A DNA stretch of 64,000 nucleotides from Deltaproteobacteria bacterium. GTDB lineage: Bacteria > Myxococcota_A > Polyangia > Polyangiales > Ga0077539. Position numbers and translations under genes: made by a program. The notes under the pieces are model-generated. The model was not told where the DNA came from. It saw nothing but the letters and a program-made list of their open reading frames with translations, and ran no database searches. The stretch's first letter is position 1; the number at the start of each line of letters is the position of its first letter. Where the stretch lies: positions 219,057 through 283,056 of the forward strand of contig JAUXYJ010000103.1 in NCBI GenBank assembly GCA_030694465.1, in the 5' to 3' direction. Positions 9,443 through 17,818 of the stretch are shown piece after piece.

Positions 9443-10300
9443 TCACACGTCGCGCTTCGACAAGAGCGTGCTCGCTCCGAAAAGTGCTGCCATCGTCCAG
9501 GCTAAACACACCGCGGTCCCTACGCCCCAGTGCGCAAACAGCGGAGACAACAGCCGATCATCCCAAGCCCCAGGGACCACATCGCGAAACACCCGCACGT
9601 ACGAAGGCGCCCAGCTCGCGTCGGCCAAATGTCTGAGAAAAAACAACCCTGTCGCGACGCTGCCTGTGCCCAAGAGCGCCAGCACGGGCGTGCGCACCAT
9701 CGCGCTCATCAAGATCGTAAGCGCGGCGTACCAGAGCGAGAGCGTGCACGACGCTAGCCACATCCGCGCGCCGTAGTGCAGCACAATGTCCCAAGAGAAC
9801 GTGCCGTTTGCGATCAGTCCGCCCCAGAGCACCATGGACACGAGCAGCGACACAAGCGCGCCCGCAGACCACATCGCGAGCCAGCGGCCGACGACCAGCG
9901 AGGGTCTCCGCGCACGCAGCGTGACAAAGCGGATCGTGCGGTACTGCACGTCCGCCGCGATCGCGTCGAAGCCCCACACCACCGTGAGCACAAACAGAAA
10001 GAACGTGCACACCGGGTAGAACGCCAACAGCGGCTCGGGCGCCTTGGCCAAGTAGTCAATCACCGCGCCCTTGTCGCTCACGTCTTGATAGATCGCCTCA
10101 AGCGCGACACGACGAAGTCGATCTCGGCTCTCGCTGCCTCCTTCGTAGAATTGCCCGCGTTGCAGCGCGCTAAACAAGATGATCGCGGCCCCTGCCCCGC
10201 CCATCAAGAACAGCAGCAAACCCGCGAGGCCCTTGCCGCTCCGCAGCGTGCGCCGCAACTCTCGCGCCCACGTGAGCGTGATCTCTGAAACAATGTCCAT
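9443..10300 (-). CDS. ABC-2 type transporter permease
   Basis: Six hydrophobic helices, sits immediately upstream of the ATPase. Start set at MDIVSEITL; an earlier in-frame start at 10360 is possible. Confidence 0.7.
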   Translation of the reverse strand: MDIVSEITLTWARELRRTLRSGKGLAGLLLFLMGGAGAAIILFSALQRGQFYEGGSESRDRLRRVALEAIYQDVSDKGAVIDYLAKAPEPLLAFYPVCTFFLFVLTVVWGFDAIAADVQYRTIRFVTLRARRPSLVVGRWLAMWSAGALVSLLVSMVLWGGLIANGTFSWDIVLHYGARMWLASCTLSLWYAALTILMSAMVRTPVLALLGTGSVATGLFFLRHLADASWAPSYVRVFRDVVPGAWDDRLLSPLFAHWGVGTAVCLAWTMAALFGASTLLSKRDV

Positions 10301-10400
10301 GGCTACCTTGGCTGCGGACGCTACGGGCCCGACGCGTCCAAGGTCAAACGCCGTCGTCACCTTCGCCTCGCGCGCTCACCCATCCCAGAGAGCTCTCTCA

Positions 10401-11237
10401 GTGACCACCGACCACGCCACGATCACTGCCCCTCGGGCCGCTGTGCAGACCCACGTCCGCGCGTGGCTCACCGAGCGCGCGCGCGCGTTGCATGCGAAGA
10501 CTCAGCGCACGGTCGTGCTCGGCCTCTCGGCCCCTCAGGGCTGGGGAAAGACCACCCTCTGCGCCCACATCGCGCGCGATCTACAAGCCCATTCGCTCAA
10601 CGTCGTCACGCTGTCTCTCGACGACCTCTACCTCACGCACGCGGCGCAATCTGCCCTTCGCGACGCCCACCCAGACAACCGTTATCTCGCGCAGCGAGGC
10701 TACCCCGGCACGCACGACCTCGACCTCGCACACGACGTTCTCTGTGGGCTCTGCGCGCTCGATCGAGACCAGCTCTTCGCGGTCCCGCGCTACGACAAGA
10801 GCGCGCACCAAGGACAGGGCGATCGCGCCCCCGAGCGGCTCTGGCCCACCACGCGAGGCCCCGTCGATGTGCTGCTCATCGAGGGCTGGATGCTTGGATT
10901 TATCCAGGCAGATCGCACTCCTCAGGTGTCCAAGATTTTTCGCGACGACCCCGCCCTCGCCGCGTGCGACGCGAGGCTCGCCGCGTACCAGACGCTGCAC
11001 GCTGCCATCGATGGGTGGGCGTGCGTTCGACCGCGTGACGTGTCGCAGGTGTTGGCGTGGCGAGTCGCCGCAGAGCGAGCGCGCAGAGACCGAGGCGAGG
11101 GCGCGATGAGCGAGCAAGACATCACGCGGTACATTGCAGGATTTTTACCCGCGTATTCGCTCTGGGGCGCGGCCCTGGGTCAAGGGACCCAAGACCCCCG
11201 CGAGCCCTCGCTGCGCTGCTGGATCAGCGAAGACTGA
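10401..11237 (+). CDS. P-loop kinase of the D-glycerate 3-kinase (GLYK/YGR205W) family
   Basis: GLSAPQGWGKTTL P-loop, SLDDLYLTH and RGYPGTHD resemble plant/yeast GLYK-family motifs. GTG start at 10401 chosen; in-frame ATGs at 10293/10299 would overlap the divergent permease start. Confidence 0.55.
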   Translation: MTTDHATITAPRAAVQTHVRAWLTERARALHAKTQRTVVLGLSAPQGWGKTTLCAHIARDLQAHSLNVVTLSLDDLYLTHAAQSALRDAHPDNRYLAQRGYPGTHDLDLAHDVLCGLCALDRDQLFAVPRYDKSAHQGQGDRAPERLWPTTRGPVDVLLIEGWMLGFIQADRTPQVSKIFRDDPALAACDARLAAYQTLHAAIDGWACVRPRDVSQVLAWRVAAERARRDRGEGAMSEQDITRYIAGFLPAYSLWGAALGQGTQDPREPSLRCWISED

Positions 11238-11260
11238 GCTTTTGTGAGCCTGCATGAATC

Positions 11261-12103
11261 TCAGAGCGGCGTAGGCAGACACGTGCCCATCGAGCACGCG
11301 AACCCATCGGGACAGTTGAGCGAACACGGCCCGCCACAGCGATGAAAACAGTCGCCGTTGGTGCACACACCCGCCGAGCCACACTGCGCGTCGGTGGTGC
11401 ACATTTTTGTGCAAAAACGCCGCATATACATGGTCATTCCGGCGCGAAACCCACGCTCTTGGCAGGTGGTCCCGCTCGCAGCGGTGCACGCGGACTCGTC
11501 GGTGTCGCAGCCCACAAACTGATCAGCGCCGCCAAACCCGCCCTCAGGGGTCGCGGCCGCACAGCGCGCAGTGCCACGGAGATCTTCGAGCCCTACGAGC
11601 GCCCAGCGACGTCGCCCCATTCCGGGGTTCGAGCACGTGCCGTCGTTGCCCACGCCCGCGATCGCGCGGCGACCATTGGTAGTCTGCACAACGACAGAGT
11701 AGCCCGTCGCTTCGTTGATCTTGCAGCCGGGCGTCATCGCATCAAACGTGCAAAACGACGGCATTTCGGTCGTCCCGGCGTTGGCAAAGCTCATCGACGA
11801 GAGCTCACACAGCGGCCGACACATCGGGTTGTTCGGGTTCGGAAAACACCGCCGCCGGTCGCCAATAAAGAACGTCGCGCCCATCTCGGCCGCCGACAAG
11901 CGCCGGTTGCATGCGTCCGCAGCTTCGTCTCCGCCTGCGCTCGTGCAGTGCAAATTAATGCTGTCATTGCAGTCCGAACACGGAGGCCCCGCGTCGGCGT
12001 CCGCGCCTCCGTCCGAGCTCATCGAGCCCGGTCCGCAGGCCGCCAACAAGAGCGTAAGTGAGAGCGTCCAGCCCAATCCCAACGTCGAAGTGCGCTTGGT
12101 CAT
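11261..12103 (-). CDS. Cys-rich lipoprotein, hypothetical
   Basis: Internal start gives MTKRTSTLGLGWTLSLTLLLAAC lipobox. About 30 Cys in the mature part. Confidence 0.55.
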   Translation of the reverse strand: MTKRTSTLGLGWTLSLTLLLAACGPGSMSSDGGADADAGPPCSDCNDSINLHCTSAGGDEAADACNRRLSAAEMGATFFIGDRRRCFPNPNNPMCRPLCELSSMSFANAGTTEMPSFCTFDAMTPGCKINEATGYSVVVQTTNGRRAIAGVGNDGTCSNPGMGRRRWALVGLEDLRGTARCAAATPEGGFGGADQFVGCDTDESACTAASGTTCQERGFRAGMTMYMRRFCTKMCTTDAQCGSAGVCTNGDCFHRCGGPCSLNCPDGFACSMGTCLPTPL

Positions 12104-12167
12104 ACTGGTCGCGGAGCCTACGACTGTGCGCGCCGAGATCCAAACACCTCTGTGCGCTCGTCGTGAT

Positions 12168-12599
12168 TCACATGCCGATTCCGCCCACATCGCGCCCCTG
12201 CGCGACGCAGACAAACGGTCCCCCCGCGGGCTGGTTGTAGCCATAGACAAACACCCCACCCGAGGCCGGACACGTCACCGTGGGCCCCGAGCACGCGCCG
12301 CCACACTGTGCGTCGCCGTCGTTGAGCGCGCTGGTCCCGCGCACGCACGCTTGCTCAGACTGGCTCGCGTCACACACACGGATCGCTGGGGTATTTGCAC
12401 ACGATTGCGCACCGTCTCCGCAGGTCGGGCTGCACGTAAACCGCACGCGACGTCCCGCAGGACAGATCGCAAAGCCCCCTCCGGCCTCGGTCAGCGAGCG
12501 CCATGGCCGCTGCACCTCGGCGTCGGGTGTGGGCATGGGTCCGCATGCACAGAGGCCCAAGAACAACAGCGCCCAAATCTTAGAAGCGCAAGATGTCAT
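12168..12599 (-). CDS. small Cys-rich lipoprotein, hypothetical
   Basis: Signal and lipobox MTSCASKIWALLFLGLCAC. 14 Cys in ~120 aa. Confidence 0.5.
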   Translation of the reverse strand: MTSCASKIWALLFLGLCACGPMPTPDAEVQRPWRSLTEAGGGFAICPAGRRVRFTCSPTCGDGAQSCANTPAIRVCDASQSEQACVRGTSALNDGDAQCGGACSGPTVTCPASGGVFVYGYNQPAGGPFVCVAQGRDVGGIGM

Positions 12600-13014
12600 C
12601 AGCGGTCTCCGCGCGACGATCAGGGCCCAGCGAGCGGAGCCTCACGACGCCCCCCACACAGTCGATTTCGTACGAAGATCCCCACGGATCTTGGCTCATG
12701 GTCGCGCGATCAAAGCCGCTCGATGACGAACCCGAGAGATCGAGCAGCGTGGGACAGCGCGTGCGGCCTCCGTGCTCCAACCGCCAAAACCCGACCACCG
12801 CTCTGAGAGCCAACATGGTCTGCCGCGCGCGCTCGACCTCGGGCCCGCTGGCCGTCGTCTGCGGCAGCCCCGCTTCGATCTCTTGCGCGGTCATCGCGGC
12901 GCGCGGCCGCGAGGCCAGCGGGTCACGATGAGGCTCACGACACGCCCCCAGCGAAGCGAGCGTCATCAGCAAAAAAGCACTCCATGTGCATTTTGTATCT
13001 CTACCTACGTGCAT
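12580..13014 (-). CDS. lipoprotein with type II secretion GspG (pseudopilin) like globular domain
   Basis: The C-terminus DPWGSSYEI....LRSLGPD....DDI matches the GspG DPWGNPY..LySlG.DG motif. The preceding RAVVGFWRLEHGGRTRCPTLLDL resembles the GspG YxLDNGRYPTTEQGL region. The N-terminus is a lipoprotein-type signal (LLMTLASLGAC), not a prepilin leader. Confidence 0.55.
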   Translation of the reverse strand: MHVGRDTKCTWSAFLLMTLASLGACREPHRDPLASRPRAAMTAQEIEAGLPQTTASGPEVERARQTMLALRAVVGFWRLEHGGRTRCPTLLDLSGSSSSGFDRATMSQDPWGSSYEIDCVGGVVRLRSLGPDRRAETADDILRF

Positions 13015-13055
13015 GCTGCGCTCTCTATCTTCCACCAGAGATCTCTATCACACAC

Positions 13056-14330
13056 TCAGCGCGACGCTCTCCGTCTCGGAGCGAGCGTCGGAGGCGTCGG
13101 AGCGCGCCGCCCGATGTGATACCGGGCTTGATCGGTGTCTTGCACGATCAGCGAGATCAGCCCATCCGTGCGACGAATGGTGCACCGCGTGACGTTCTCA
13201 CGGAGCACCGTACACCGCGTTCGGTCACGCGAAACACGAGACAACCGAAGCACGACAGGGGACAAGAGCGCTTCGTCGCGGGTCACCCACAGGTCCTCGG
13301 ACTCTTGCGCAAAGTCCCGCGGATCGATCACTGCGAGCACGCGGTAGAAGTCATTGCGGCCCAGGTCGACGATGGGATCATGGGGCGCGGGGTGGCTATG
13401 ATCGAGGCGCTGAAAGCTCGTATAAGACTCTGCAATGAGCTGCTTTTCTGCAGGCGTAAGCGACTCAAGTGTCCGTGGATTGACGGCGAGATTAAGCCCT
13501 CGCGCGGCCAGCTTGGCCAGCTCTTGCGCAGTCTCGCGAGACACCGGGATCAGCGCCGCTTCGCCCTCTGGGATCAACCAAGAGGCGCTCACCGCCGTCT
13601 GCGGATGAGCTTGCGCGATCAGCGATTCGCCACGCGCAATGGCGTCTGGCACACCCGCTTGGACCCTCACGATCCCGGCCGGACTGATCCCTGGATAAGG
13701 CAAGCCCTGAAAACCTCCGATGACGCTCCAGGGGGCTCGCAGGACCCTCCATGCGAGCCTCGCGGCTGCGCTACGGGGGCGCTCAAAGCCATCGACGGTC
13801 TGCAACATCACGTGGAGATTCACGGATCGATGCGTGATCTCGCACCAGTTCAAGACCATCACGCTCCCTTCGGTCGAAGCGAAGCTCAGCATCCCAGCGC
13901 TCGGGACAAAGTCACCGGATCGCTCAGGCACAGAGCTCTCAAACCGCGTCGCGCTCTCTTCGGTCTGTTCAAGAATGGCACCAAACCGCGGCGCAGCGAC
14001 GCCGCCCACCGTCGCCAGAACGACCGCGACGCACTCGTTGTCGCCGATGGACAATGGCTGATGCCAGCGGCTCCACCCTGGACGATCAGAGATCTCTTCG
14101 ACGTTCGCCTCGGCGGGCTCTTCGCGTGGCGCAAAACCATGGGCAACGGCCTCTTGGGTCGCGTGAGTCAGCAGCGCTCTTCCGCGAGTGGGGTCCATCG
14201 CATGAAGAGCCTGAGGCGCAAGCGCGCGCGATCGCCGTGCGTTGCCCCCGAGAATTCCCCCGCCCAGTGCGAGCACGAGCGATACAGCGAGCGCAACCTT
14301 GCGATCCTTTGTCACCGCGAAAGAATCCAT
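13056..14330 (-). CDS. secreted hypothetical protein
   Basis: N-terminal signal MDSFAVTKDRKVALAVSLVLALGGG. No recognisable domain. Confidence 0.5.
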   Translation of the reverse strand: MDSFAVTKDRKVALAVSLVLALGGGILGGNARRSRALAPQALHAMDPTRGRALLTHATQEAVAHGFAPREEPAEANVEEISDRPGWSRWHQPLSIGDNECVAVVLATVGGVAAPRFGAILEQTEESATRFESSVPERSGDFVPSAGMLSFASTEGSVMVLNWCEITHRSVNLHVMLQTVDGFERPRSAAARLAWRVLRAPWSVIGGFQGLPYPGISPAGIVRVQAGVPDAIARGESLIAQAHPQTAVSASWLIPEGEAALIPVSRETAQELAKLAARGLNLAVNPRTLESLTPAEKQLIAESYTSFQRLDHSHPAPHDPIVDLGRNDFYRVLAVIDPRDFAQESEDLWVTRDEALLSPVVLRLSRVSRDRTRCTVLRENVTRCTIRRTDGLISLIVQDTDQARYHIGRRAPTPPTLAPRRRASR

Positions 14331-14395
14331 GGAAACCCACCCCTTGTCGATCACCCAGACCCCTATTGCTGCAATCTCGTCCGCAGACTCGTACG

Positions 14396-15838
14396 ATGCA
14401 CGCTATGGGTGACCCTCGACGACGAGCCACACGCACCACACTGTGCGGTTCGCTTGTGTTTTTACTGGCTCTACTTACGAGCGAGCCGGCCAACGCCCAG
14501 CGCTCTGGCGGGCGCTTTGGCGGGTCAAGTGGCTTTCGATCGAGCGCTCCAAGCTATCGATCAAGCGCTCCAAGTTATCGATCGAGCGCTCCAAGTTATC
14601 GGTCAAGTTCTTGGGGCACGCCGTCGAGCTCTTGGGGCACTCGATCGAGCTCTTCAAGCTCTTCACGCTCATCGGGCGACCGCACGGGCAGCGGCCCGGT
14701 TATGGGCGGAAGGCTCCTCTATGTTCCGCCCCCACCGCCACCGCCGCCCTGGCTCACAGCACGCGAATACAGTCGCCCGTCAGCACGCGCGATTGTCGTC
14801 GCGAGTCCGCCACTGCGTGGTGGTTTGCCCGACGAATACCAGTTCGTCGCCCAGCGCCAGGACCCCGGTGTCTTTCTGAAGGGTCCCTTCAATTGGGCCG
14901 CGGGGCTCTCTACGAGCGCTGTGCTTATGGCCTTCTTCGGCGGCATCTCGTGGCTCGCTACACAAGCCCGCCCCCCCGTGCCCTATTTTCCAACAGGGCC
15001 GTATCCCAAGCACTCCGGCTCGGCGCACAGCCCGCGCGTCCCAACAGGGCACGGCGAGTGCGAAGTGCGTCGCGTCTCGATCGCGTTTGATTGGTCCGTG
15101 CGCGCACACCTGCAGACCCAGCTCGACGCCATCGCGGGCCGCTTTGACATGGGCCGCCAAGACGGGCTCTTCGCAGGCGGAATCGCTGCAAAAGACCTGC
15201 TCATCAGCGCCCTCCCTTACGCCGTCGCCGGCTGCTTCGAGCGCGCACGCGGCAGCGCTCATCGGGCCCAAGAGCTCTTCGACGCGACCTGCAACAACAT
15301 CAACGCTCGCTACGACCAAGCCACGATCAACAACCACCAACGCAGCGCTGCGCCCGACGTCTACGCACGCAGCGAAGAAGGCCAAGGGCTCGTCGTGGTG
15401 ACGCTCATTGTGGGCATCAACGGCAACGCACCCGAGCTGCCCGAGTGGCCCGCCAAGCACACGATGGCGCAGGCACTTAGCGCACTTTTTCCGGCTTATC
15501 TCGTCGATATGGCGGCCCTCGAGGTTGTGTGGTCCCCCTCAGTGGACCAAGACCGATTGTCCAGCGCAGAGCTCGCGGTGCTCTATCCCGAGCTCGTCTA
15601 CTTCGACGGGCGCTCGGACCTCGGCCGAGTGATCTGTCGCCCCTGCAAGACCGTGTTTGCGCGTGAGCTCGGTCGCTGCCCCACCTGCGGCGCGAGCGAC
15701 GCACAGCCCTCACCACACGCGGTCGCACCGACGCAACAGGCCTCGTCGGCACACACGATCGCGTGCCCGTTTTGCAGGCAAGCGACCCCGTCGTACGAAG
15801 TGCAGTGTCAGTCGTGTGGCGGGCGCCTAAAGCAATAA
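14396..15838 (+). CDS. membrane protein with Ser-rich heptad repeats, poly-Pro tract, one TM helix and C-terminal double zinc ribbon
   Basis: ATG 14396 gives signal MHAMGDPRRRATRTTLCGSLVFLLALLTSEPANAQ. Then (SSAPSYR)x3-4, PPPPPPPP, TM AAGLSTSAVLMAFFGGISW. C-terminal CRPC..CPTC and CPFC..CQSC pairs. Confidence 0.6.
   Translation: MHAMGDPRRRATRTTLCGSLVFLLALLTSEPANAQRSGGRFGGSSGFRSSAPSYRSSAPSYRSSAPSYRSSSWGTPSSSWGTRSSSSSSSRSSGDRTGSGPVMGGRLLYVPPPPPPPPWLTAREYSRPSARAIVVASPPLRGGLPDEYQFVAQRQDPGVFLKGPFNWAAGLSTSAVLMAFFGGISWLATQARPPVPYFPTGPYPKHSGSAHSPRVPTGHGECEVRRVSIAFDWSVRAHLQTQLDAIAGRFDMGRQDGLFAGGIAAKDLLISALPYAVAGCFERARGSAHRAQELFDATCNNINARYDQATINNHQRSAAPDVYARSEEGQGLVVVTLIVGINGNAPELPEWPAKHTMAQALSALFPAYLVDMAALEVVWSPSVDQDRLSSAELAVLYPELVYFDGRSDLGRVICRPCKTVFARELGRCPTCGASDAQPSPHAVAPTQQASSAHTIACPFCRQATPSYEVQCQSCGGRLKQ
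14541..14603. repeat. 21-bp tandem repeat x3 (CGATCRAGCGCTCCAAGYTAT) encoding SSAPSYR heptads
   Basis: Three near-identical 21-nt units seen directly. A degenerate 4th unit follows. Confidence 0.8.
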
Positions 15839-15990
15839 TCAATCAGTGATTTTGCAGGCGAATCGCTTCACACAAGGTCGCCCCCCGAGCGCGCATCAAC
15901 GTGACGAACCGAGCGCTAGCCCAACCACAACAGCGCGGTCCGACTGCTCGGTGGCGGTGGACGCCACGCGATGCGCGCCGGAGAGAGAAA

Positions 15991-17487
15991 TCACATCGCG
16001 TGCTCGAGCGTGAAGGGGTAGTTCACGACGATCGCCGAGCCCTGGGGTGACGGAAACTGCCACCGACGGACCGCGTTGGCGATGCACTGCGCGGTCGCTG
16101 GGACCGCCAGCGAGCTCTCTCGCACGCTCGAGCCAGAGACGTTGCCCGCGGGGTCGATCACGAAGCTCACAACCACACGGCCCGCGAGCTGAGAGTTCTG
16201 CAACAAGCCCTGCTCGTGGCAGTGCGTCACTTGCGAAAGATTGCGCAAAACAACCCGCCGAATGAGCCCGCGGTCGTACTCGCCGATCACGTTGGGCGAG
16301 GCCGCGGTCACGCGCGGGCCGTGGCCCTGGCGCGGTCCCAGTCGGTTGCCGGTCGTCTGTCCGTAGCGATCCCCGTTGGGCGATCCGCCCACACCGAGCG
16401 TGCTCATGCCGCAGCTGCTCCCGCTGCAGACGGTGCCCTCACCGTTGCCGCCTTGGCCTACGCCTGTGCCGGTGTTTCCCAGGCCATTCATCCCAAACGC
16501 GTCACCGATGCTGTCACCCGAGAGGTTGCCCCAGTGGCTCGCGCTGTCGTGCCCCGACTCGGTCAGCCCGCCAAACGGGCTCACCGGACCCGAGGCGCCG
16601 TTGGTCGCCGCCACAGGTGCACCAAGGGCCGCAAAGATCCCGCGCGAGGCCGTGATCTCACGCGCACTCTGCCTGGACAATTGCGGAGGAAGGTTGTTGT
16701 CCCGCACGCTCAACCGGCGGTTGGTCGCTGTCGAAGCGCGTGTGCCCGAGACGCCAGACTCACCGCGCGCTGCGGCACCCTGCGCGCTCGGCGCAGACTC
16801 GCTGGCCTGAGGCTGTGTGGGCTGAGGCTCTGGCGACCGCTCACGCGACCGGTTGACCAAGCCCATGATGTCCGCCATGCGCTCTTCGCCCGAGTCACTC
16901 ACGAGCGAGCCGCTGTTTGCGCTTGTTGCGTAGCCCATGCCCATCATGGAGCCGATGGCGACCAAGGCCCCGAGGGTCGAGGCGATCATCGCCGGGTCGC
17001 GGCGTGCACGTCCGGCGACCTTGCGCCCCTCGGCGACGGTCTTGGCCGAGACGGTGAGCGATCCGACTGACATTTTGCAGCGCATTCCGCTGCGAAGCGA
17101 GACCATGATGCTGCCGTCTGCGCGCTGGGTCGCGACGCCCTGGCTCACGGCGTCGGAGAGCGAGAGCTTGGCGCCATCGAGCGAGAGTTCACCTGCCACG
17201 TTGGGAGCGAAGACGAAGCTGCCGTTGCTCACCACGCTCATGGCGACGCTTGACTCTGGGAGCATCGAGCCGTCGACCACCATGCAGCGGTCGCTCTCGA
17301 GGCCTTCGCTGCTGAGCGAGAAGCTCTCGGTCGCGCTCAGGTGAACCACACGGAGGATCGCGGTCTGCCACAAGATCGAGAGCTCGGTCACCGAACGATC
17401 GCTCCGCTCAACCTCGGTGGCGTCGATGTCGCCACGCTTTACGAGCTGAAATACTGCGTCGGTGTCGTAGCTGTTCTTGATGGACAT
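15991..17487 (-). CDS. TonB C-terminal domain protein (possible motility/envelope energy-transducer-like)
   Basis: Last ~90 aa (RVVVSFVIDPAGNVSGSSVRESS...AVRRWQFPSP) are TonB_C-like. Long Gly/Ser-rich linker. N-terminal ~150-aa domain of unknown function. Start MSIKNSYD. Confidence 0.6.
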   Translation of the reverse strand: MSIKNSYDTDAVFQLVKRGDIDATEVERSDRSVTELSILWQTAILRVVHLSATESFSLSSEGLESDRCMVVDGSMLPESSVAMSVVSNGSFVFAPNVAGELSLDGAKLSLSDAVSQGVATQRADGSIMVSLRSGMRCKMSVGSLTVSAKTVAEGRKVAGRARRDPAMIASTLGALVAIGSMMGMGYATSANSGSLVSDSGEERMADIMGLVNRSRERSPEPQPTQPQASESAPSAQGAAARGESGVSGTRASTATNRRLSVRDNNLPPQLSRQSAREITASRGIFAALGAPVAATNGASGPVSPFGGLTESGHDSASHWGNLSGDSIGDAFGMNGLGNTGTGVGQGGNGEGTVCSGSSCGMSTLGVGGSPNGDRYGQTTGNRLGPRQGHGPRVTAASPNVIGEYDRGLIRRVVLRNLSQVTHCHEQGLLQNSQLAGRVVVSFVIDPAGNVSGSSVRESSLAVPATAQCIANAVRRWQFPSPQGSAIVVNYPFTLEHAM

Positions 17488-17818
17488 GGTGGGCTCTCCT
17501 GCGAGTTGGACAGCGCAAGCGCGCTGCGAATCAATGGAATCGTTGGCTACCGAGAGCGGCCGCACGAAGGGGTTAGCCTTGCGCGCTGTTGTTGCACCGT
17601 GACTGCGATTTCGCTGCCGAAACGCTCGGTACAGTTGCTCGGTTCAAGGGATGAGACAGGGGTCTTGGGAGAAGGTTCCCGCGGAGTGAAATTTTTTTTC
17701 ATTTCGACCCAAGGGCGCCCAATCCCCTGCAAACACCGCGAAGACCTTGCGCATTCACGCGTCTGCCTTGCATCGAGGGCCTTGAGAGTGGTTGGCTCGC
17801 ACGCACAGAGGCCAAGCT

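Noticed and set aside
17566-17818. Possible sigma-54 promoter (TTGCACC...) in the TonB-C/accC divergent region
   Set aside because: No proper GG-N10-GC spacing. Cannot be supported from sequence alone.
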